DNA of 64,000 nt, from assembly GCA_963976765.1 (NCBI GenBank), contig CAXBME010000002.1:434001-498000 (forward strand), in the 5' to 3' direction. Below the pieces are notes generated by a model. It was not told the DNA's origin and ran no database searches. It worked only from the letters and a program-made list of their open reading frames with translations. Both the position numbers and the translations under genes were made by a program. The stretch is from an uncultured Planctomycetaceae bacterium. Its GTDB lineage: Bacteria > Planctomycetota > Planctomycetia > Planctomycetales > Planctomycetaceae. Below, one piece after another: positions 59,769-64,000 of the stretch (position 1 is its first letter; every line of letters starts with the position of its first letter).

Positions 59769-60596
59769 ATGGCCGATGAAAGTCCAGTTTTCATGTTTGA
59801 TGGCAGTGACTCTGAGATGGGGCAGGCCAGTCAGAAAGCCCGTGAAACATTTCGCTACTTCTGGCGGGAAATGGCATGGGAACGGCGCCGAATCGTCCCT
59901 GCATTGGAAGTGGCCGTTGTCAAAGCCGCATTTACCGACGACCCGGGTACCATCCCCACCGGGACGGAGGTCGAATGCGAACACATGTGGATTCACGAGA
60001 TCGACTTCGACGGGGACGACGTATCCGGAGTGCTTGGCAATTCGCCCAACGGGCTGAAATCAATCAGCGAAGGTGACCACGTCACCATTCCTCTGACGCA
60101 AGTGTCTGATTGGATGTATGCAATTAGAGGGCGAGCTTACGGCGCCTATACGGTCAATTTAATGCGTTCTCGCATGTCCCGTTCAGAGTGTGCCGGTCAC
60201 GATGAAGCATGGGGGCTGGATTTTGGGAACCCGACTGAAATCGCTCTTGTACCGGACGATTTCGCTGGCAGCGTTCCTAGCGGTTTTCTGAAGCGACTGT
60301 TTGGTCGCAAGCCAACCATTAATGCTGCAACACTTTCAGAGCTTGAGCATCCGATGTCAGAGGCAATGGGCGACTCAATGCGTGAATTCCTGTCAGAGAA
60401 TCCTGAGCAGGTCAGCCATGCAGACGAAAACGGCTGGACGATGCTGCATCATCAGGCACTCGCAGGCAGTGCAGCCTCAATTCAGATATTGCTTGAACTT
60501 GGCGCCGACAGGTCGGTCAAAACCAATCGCAACAAGACTGCTCTGATGCTCGCTGAGAAACTTGGTTGGACGAAAGTGGCAGATTTACTGAAGTGA
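59769..60596 (+). CDS. DUF2314 (YegJ-like) protein with a C-terminal ankyrin repeat
   Basis: D.EM..A..KARETFRYFWRE, VKAAF, EHMW, G.L.NSP, SDWMY; ankyrin-like GWTMLH...LLELGAD...TAL. Confidence 0.85.
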   Translation: MADESPVFMFDGSDSEMGQASQKARETFRYFWREMAWERRRIVPALEVAVVKAAFTDDPGTIPTGTEVECEHMWIHEIDFDGDDVSGVLGNSPNGLKSISEGDHVTIPLTQVSDWMYAIRGRAYGAYTVNLMRSRMSRSECAGHDEAWGLDFGNPTEIALVPDDFAGSVPSGFLKRLFGRKPTINAATLSELEHPMSEAMGDSMREFLSENPEQVSHADENGWTMLHHQALAGSAASIQILLELGADRSVKTNRNKTALMLAEKLGWTKVADLLK

Positions 60597-60604
60597 CAGT
60601 GACA

Positions 60605-60640
60605 AGGCTGGGATACCCGCTGAGTCTCGACCCGGCCTAT
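60605..60640 (-). repeat. REP-like hairpin
   Basis: Minus strand ATAGGCCGGG-tcgagactcagcgggtat-CCCAGCCT. Confidence 0.45.
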
Positions 60641-61081
60641 TGGGTTATCCCGCGAGGTGGTCAATCAACTGCTCCAGTAGGTTGCTGACGCCAACAGCCT
60701 CGACGGCGGTACGCACGTGGTCGAAATCGGCGGTTGTACCAAGCAAAGCGATCCATTTCGCAGGGAGTGTCACGACGCACCGCTCTGAAGCATTGTCGAT
60801 TGCCCGGCTACGGTGAACTGCGGTTCCGCGATTCGCATTGCGGCGTTTTTGATGCTGCCGTATCGTACTGCTCTTCTCAGGGTTTCCTAATGCCCGAATG
60901 CTGAAATCCCGGTCCGTCCGGACCTCACTTCTCGAGCCGTCCGGCTCACAAAAATCCTCACTCAACATTCAAAACTCCGTCATCTGACGCCGCTGATCCT
61001 GCGCGCGTTCGCAGTCTGGAGTTTTGACATTTCGCTCGCGAATCCATCCCTCACAAACACTTTTCCCATTCAGATCAAACA

Positions 61082-61984
61082 ATGTTGCGGCTGGGTATCG
61101 TCGATCTTGATTCGTCGCACTCGGTGGAATTTTCGCGCCGGTTTAACCACGCGGGAGTCGATCGTGAGCAATGGGGCGATGGTGCGCAGGTGGTCGCGGC
61201 GTGGTCCGGCGGTTCGGTGATGGCTTCGGAACGGATCCCCGGTTTTCAGGCCGAACTGGAGAGCATCGGCATCGACATCGTCGACAGCCGCGAACAACTG
61301 ATGGATCAAATCGACGGGGTGCTGATTCTGTCACTCAGCGGAGACTGCCACCTCGAACGAGCACGACCGTTTCTGGAAGCAAAGATTCCTACATTCGTCG
61401 ACAAGCCTTTCGCGTGTTCGATCAGCGACGCCGTAGCGATCGTCGAACTCGCTCAACAGAATGAGACAACGCTGCTGAACAGTTCGGCCTTACGGTTCAG
61501 TCGGGAAGTTCAGGAGTCGGCGGCAAAGAATCAGCAGCTTGGCAGAACAAACGGAGCGATCACTTACGGACCGGCAAAACGAGCAGACGGAAACCCTGGC
61601 CTGTTTCACTACGGAATTCACTCAGTCGAGCTGCTGTTCGAACTTCTGGGCAGCGGCTGCGAAACAGTTTCGACGACCTGGTCAGAAGAAGCGGAAGTCG
61701 TCACCGGAGTCTGGGCTGACGGACGCATCGGCACCGTTCGAGGAAACCGGACCGGTGTCACTTCCTACGGATTTGTGGCGTACTGCGAAGGCGGTGTTGT
61801 GTCGGAAACCGTGTCGACTCGGTTTGCTTATCGGAATCTTTGTTGCGAGATCGTTCAAACGTTTGAGTCGGGACACCCCTCGGTCGCTCATGAATCCAGC
61901 CTGGATGTGGTGCGGTTCGTGCTGGCGTCACTTCAAAGCGAGCAGTCTGGCGGTCAGCCGGTTTCGCTGCGAGACATAACTTGA
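61082..61984 (+). CDS. Gfo/Idh/MocA-family oxidoreductase
   Basis: LRLGIVDLDSSH, FVDKPFA, SSALRF, YGIHSVE. Confidence 0.88.
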   Translation: MLRLGIVDLDSSHSVEFSRRFNHAGVDREQWGDGAQVVAAWSGGSVMASERIPGFQAELESIGIDIVDSREQLMDQIDGVLILSLSGDCHLERARPFLEAKIPTFVDKPFACSISDAVAIVELAQQNETTLLNSSALRFSREVQESAAKNQQLGRTNGAITYGPAKRADGNPGLFHYGIHSVELLFELLGSGCETVSTTWSEEAEVVTGVWADGRIGTVRGNRTGVTSYGFVAYCEGGVVSETVSTRFAYRNLCCEIVQTFESGHPSVAHESSLDVVRFVLASLQSEQSGGQPVSLRDIT

Positions 61985-62020
61985 GGCAGGATCTTTCCTG
62001 AGTTGAGAGCAAGGTTTTTC

Positions 62021-62866
62021 ATGAAACGATCATCCATCATCTTCGGTCTGATTCTGTCTATCGTCGCCGGATTGAACTCCGCCGCGCAGGCTCAGCAGTT
62101 TCGAGTTTACACGGAAGTGTCGATCCCGCCGCAAAATCCGGAGCCGGGCAGGATGCAGGACGAAGTCGTTGCTCGCAGCCTGACGATCTTTCACGCCGGT
62201 CGCGTGTTTGACTGGTTGAAGACCGCCGGCGAGGTCACGATCTTCGAGCCGGCTCACCAGCGATTTGTGATCTTCAATGGCCGGAAGCTGATTAAGACGA
62301 CAATCGACTTCAAAGAGATCGACCGGATGCTGGCATCGGCCCATGACGAAACCAGCAATCATGCCGAACGCCTTCTCAGCCGCAACGATCGAGACTCGCA
62401 GACAATCGCAACGTCCCTGCAGTTTCAATTGAATCCGACGTTCAAGCAGTCCTTCGAGCAGCGTTCGTTGCTGCTGGACCTGGACAGTCCGAAACTGGAA
62501 TACCACGTCAGCTGCGGAACGACACCCATTCCCGAAGCCGTCAACGCCTACATGGAATATGCCGACTGGACGGCGAAACTGAACCATGTCATGCACCCTC
62601 GCAGCCTGTATCCCGCTCCACGAATGAAGCTGAACGAAAGCCTGCGTCAGCACAAAGTGCTACCGGTGAAAGTCCAGCTTCGGGTCGACTTCGACCAGCC
62701 CCTGCACTTGCAGGCGGATCACCGATTTGCCTGGCAACTGGAAAAGATCGACCGGCAGAGCATCCAGCACTGGGAAAGCAAAATCGCCGACCCGTCGTTC
62801 AAGAGCCTGACCTTCCGCGACTACCAGAAGGCAATTCTGAATCAGGACATGCAGGCCGCTCGGTAA
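62021..62866 (+). CDS. Exported hypothetical protein
   Basis: Signal peptide MKRSSIIFGLILSIVAGLNSAAQA; typical codon usage. Confidence 0.75.
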   Translation: MKRSSIIFGLILSIVAGLNSAAQAQQFRVYTEVSIPPQNPEPGRMQDEVVARSLTIFHAGRVFDWLKTAGEVTIFEPAHQRFVIFNGRKLIKTTIDFKEIDRMLASAHDETSNHAERLLSRNDRDSQTIATSLQFQLNPTFKQSFEQRSLLLDLDSPKLEYHVSCGTTPIPEAVNAYMEYADWTAKLNHVMHPRSLYPAPRMKLNESLRQHKVLPVKVQLRVDFDQPLHLQADHRFAWQLEKIDRQSIQHWESKIADPSFKSLTFRDYQKAILNQDMQAAR

Positions 62867-62998
62867 CGCTGTGCCGGAATCATCAGCCGCTGACGAATTC
62901 TTGCCCAGGAATCCCGCAGGACGTAAGCTGACCGATCAACATTGCGGCGAACGATTCAGATCGAGCGTTTCTCTGCGCGATGAAGTTCGGAGTGGTCC

Positions 62999-63670
62999 AT
63001 GCCGTGTTCTCAGGAAAATGCCTGCCTCCGCCGATCGCGAAAGCTGATCGGCAACGGCGCGATGCTGGCCGGGATCTGGCTGAGTGTGCTCACGTTGCAA
63101 AGCCCGCAGGCAAACGGAGCCGAATCTTCAACGGCGACAATCGCGGAACCACCCTCGAACACGGAGCCGCAACGAACGCTGAAATCAGGACCGAAGACCG
63201 GTTCAACGATCCATCAGTTTTTTGTGCGAGCGGTCACCGGGCCTCATCGAAATCGTTCTGTTTGTTACGTTTGTCGATACGGAAGTCGACCGGTCGTCAT
63301 GGTGCTGATCCAGAAATCGGATCCGAAAATCGCGACCCTGTTGAAAGCAATTGACTCGATCGTTGACGACAACCGTGTCAGCGGTTTAAGAAGCTTTGGA
63401 GTCCTCGTCACCGACGAGTCTGATCGCGCCGTTCCGATTCTGCAGACAATGGCATTTGATGAGCAGATCAGGATGCCGCTGACAGCCGCCACAACCGCAA
63501 TCGCTGGATCGAGCTGCCACAATCTTCATGAAGACGCGGCGACGACGGTCGTTCTGTATCGCGATCAGCAGGCGGTGAGAAACTTCGCCTTCGCCAAAGG
63601 CGAGATCAGCGAGCAGTCAATCCGACCGCTTCTCGAAGGGATCAAGGAACTCATCGTTGCGAGGAAATGA
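62999..63670 (+). CDS. Exported thioredoxin/peroxiredoxin-like protein with a CYVC motif
   Basis: Signal-like segment; LKSGP.TG..I..F...AVTGP....VCYVCRYGSRPVVMV. Confidence 0.65.
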   Translation: MPCSQENACLRRSRKLIGNGAMLAGIWLSVLTLQSPQANGAESSTATIAEPPSNTEPQRTLKSGPKTGSTIHQFFVRAVTGPHRNRSVCYVCRYGSRPVVMVLIQKSDPKIATLLKAIDSIVDDNRVSGLRSFGVLVTDESDRAVPILQTMAFDEQIRMPLTAATTAIAGSSCHNLHEDAATTVVLYRDQQAVRNFAFAKGEISEQSIRPLLEGIKELIVARK

Positions 63671-63686
63671 GAGTGCGGCAGCAGTC

Positions 63687-64000
63687 TCAAGTTCCTTGCC
63701 GTTGCATCTTCAGCAACGCGTTCCAGTCGATGTTCAATTCGGCATCCAGTGACGTTTCGACGACCAGTCGGCCTCCACTGATGTAGTTGTCGTTGCCGGC
63801 GAAGCGGCACCAGGACAACTTTGCAACAAGAGTCTCCGTTCCATGCGGCGATCGAAAACTGACGGCCACGTAGCGATGCGGAAGCGGCTCGTCATGCCGG
63901 AACGAGATTCCATTGATGGAAATGTCTCGACCGCGAGCAGCCACCGGCTCGGAAACGGGCACGAACTGCCCGGAGCGGGGCTCCATCTCCAGCCCTACGA
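63687..64000 (-). CDS. PilZ-like domain protein (5' end lies outside the window)
   Basis: Frame is open to the window edge; RDISINGISF matches the PilZ D/NxSxxG motif, followed by WCR...Y.SGGR. Confidence 0.65.
   Translation of the reverse strand, partial: VGLEMEPRSGQFVPVSEPVAARGRDISINGISFRHDEPLPHRYVAVSFRSPHGTETLVAKLSWCRFAGNDNYISGGRLVVETSLDAELNIDWNALLKMQRQGT

Overview
A gene-dense bacterial chromosomal segment, very probably from a planctomycete. This is inferred from the DUF1583-like paralogues, a PVC-type CxxCH heme protein, DUF1080 proteins, HEAT-repeat proteins and dksA-lspA synteny. About 47 CDS are present, two of them cut by the window edges. Housekeeping genes: rpsR, sodA, pepA, dksA-lspA, rpmE-prfA-prmC-murA, carA, recG, guaA. 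Also present: a tandem array of three large DUF1583-like proteins, an NhaA antiporter, an orphan 4-PAS histidine kinase, an ABC-2/HEAT-repeat operon, an AOR-family oxidoreductase and several orphan sugar enzymes. I found no rRNA, tRNA, CRISPR array, integrase or transposase. The most notable observations are: (1) a TPR protein with two tandem RNA polymerase alpha-CTD domains behind an rpsR gene that has a structured leader; (2) an NhaA with a repeat-built poly-His loop; (3) three periodic palindromic intergenic elements plus REP-like doublets; (4) a possible clamp-binding motif inserted in RecG; (5) a haloarchaeal-type glucose dehydrogenase and an orphan tungsten-type AOR. All family calls come from motif recognition by eye, with no database searches. 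Several start codons were moved downstream of the supplied ORF starts.
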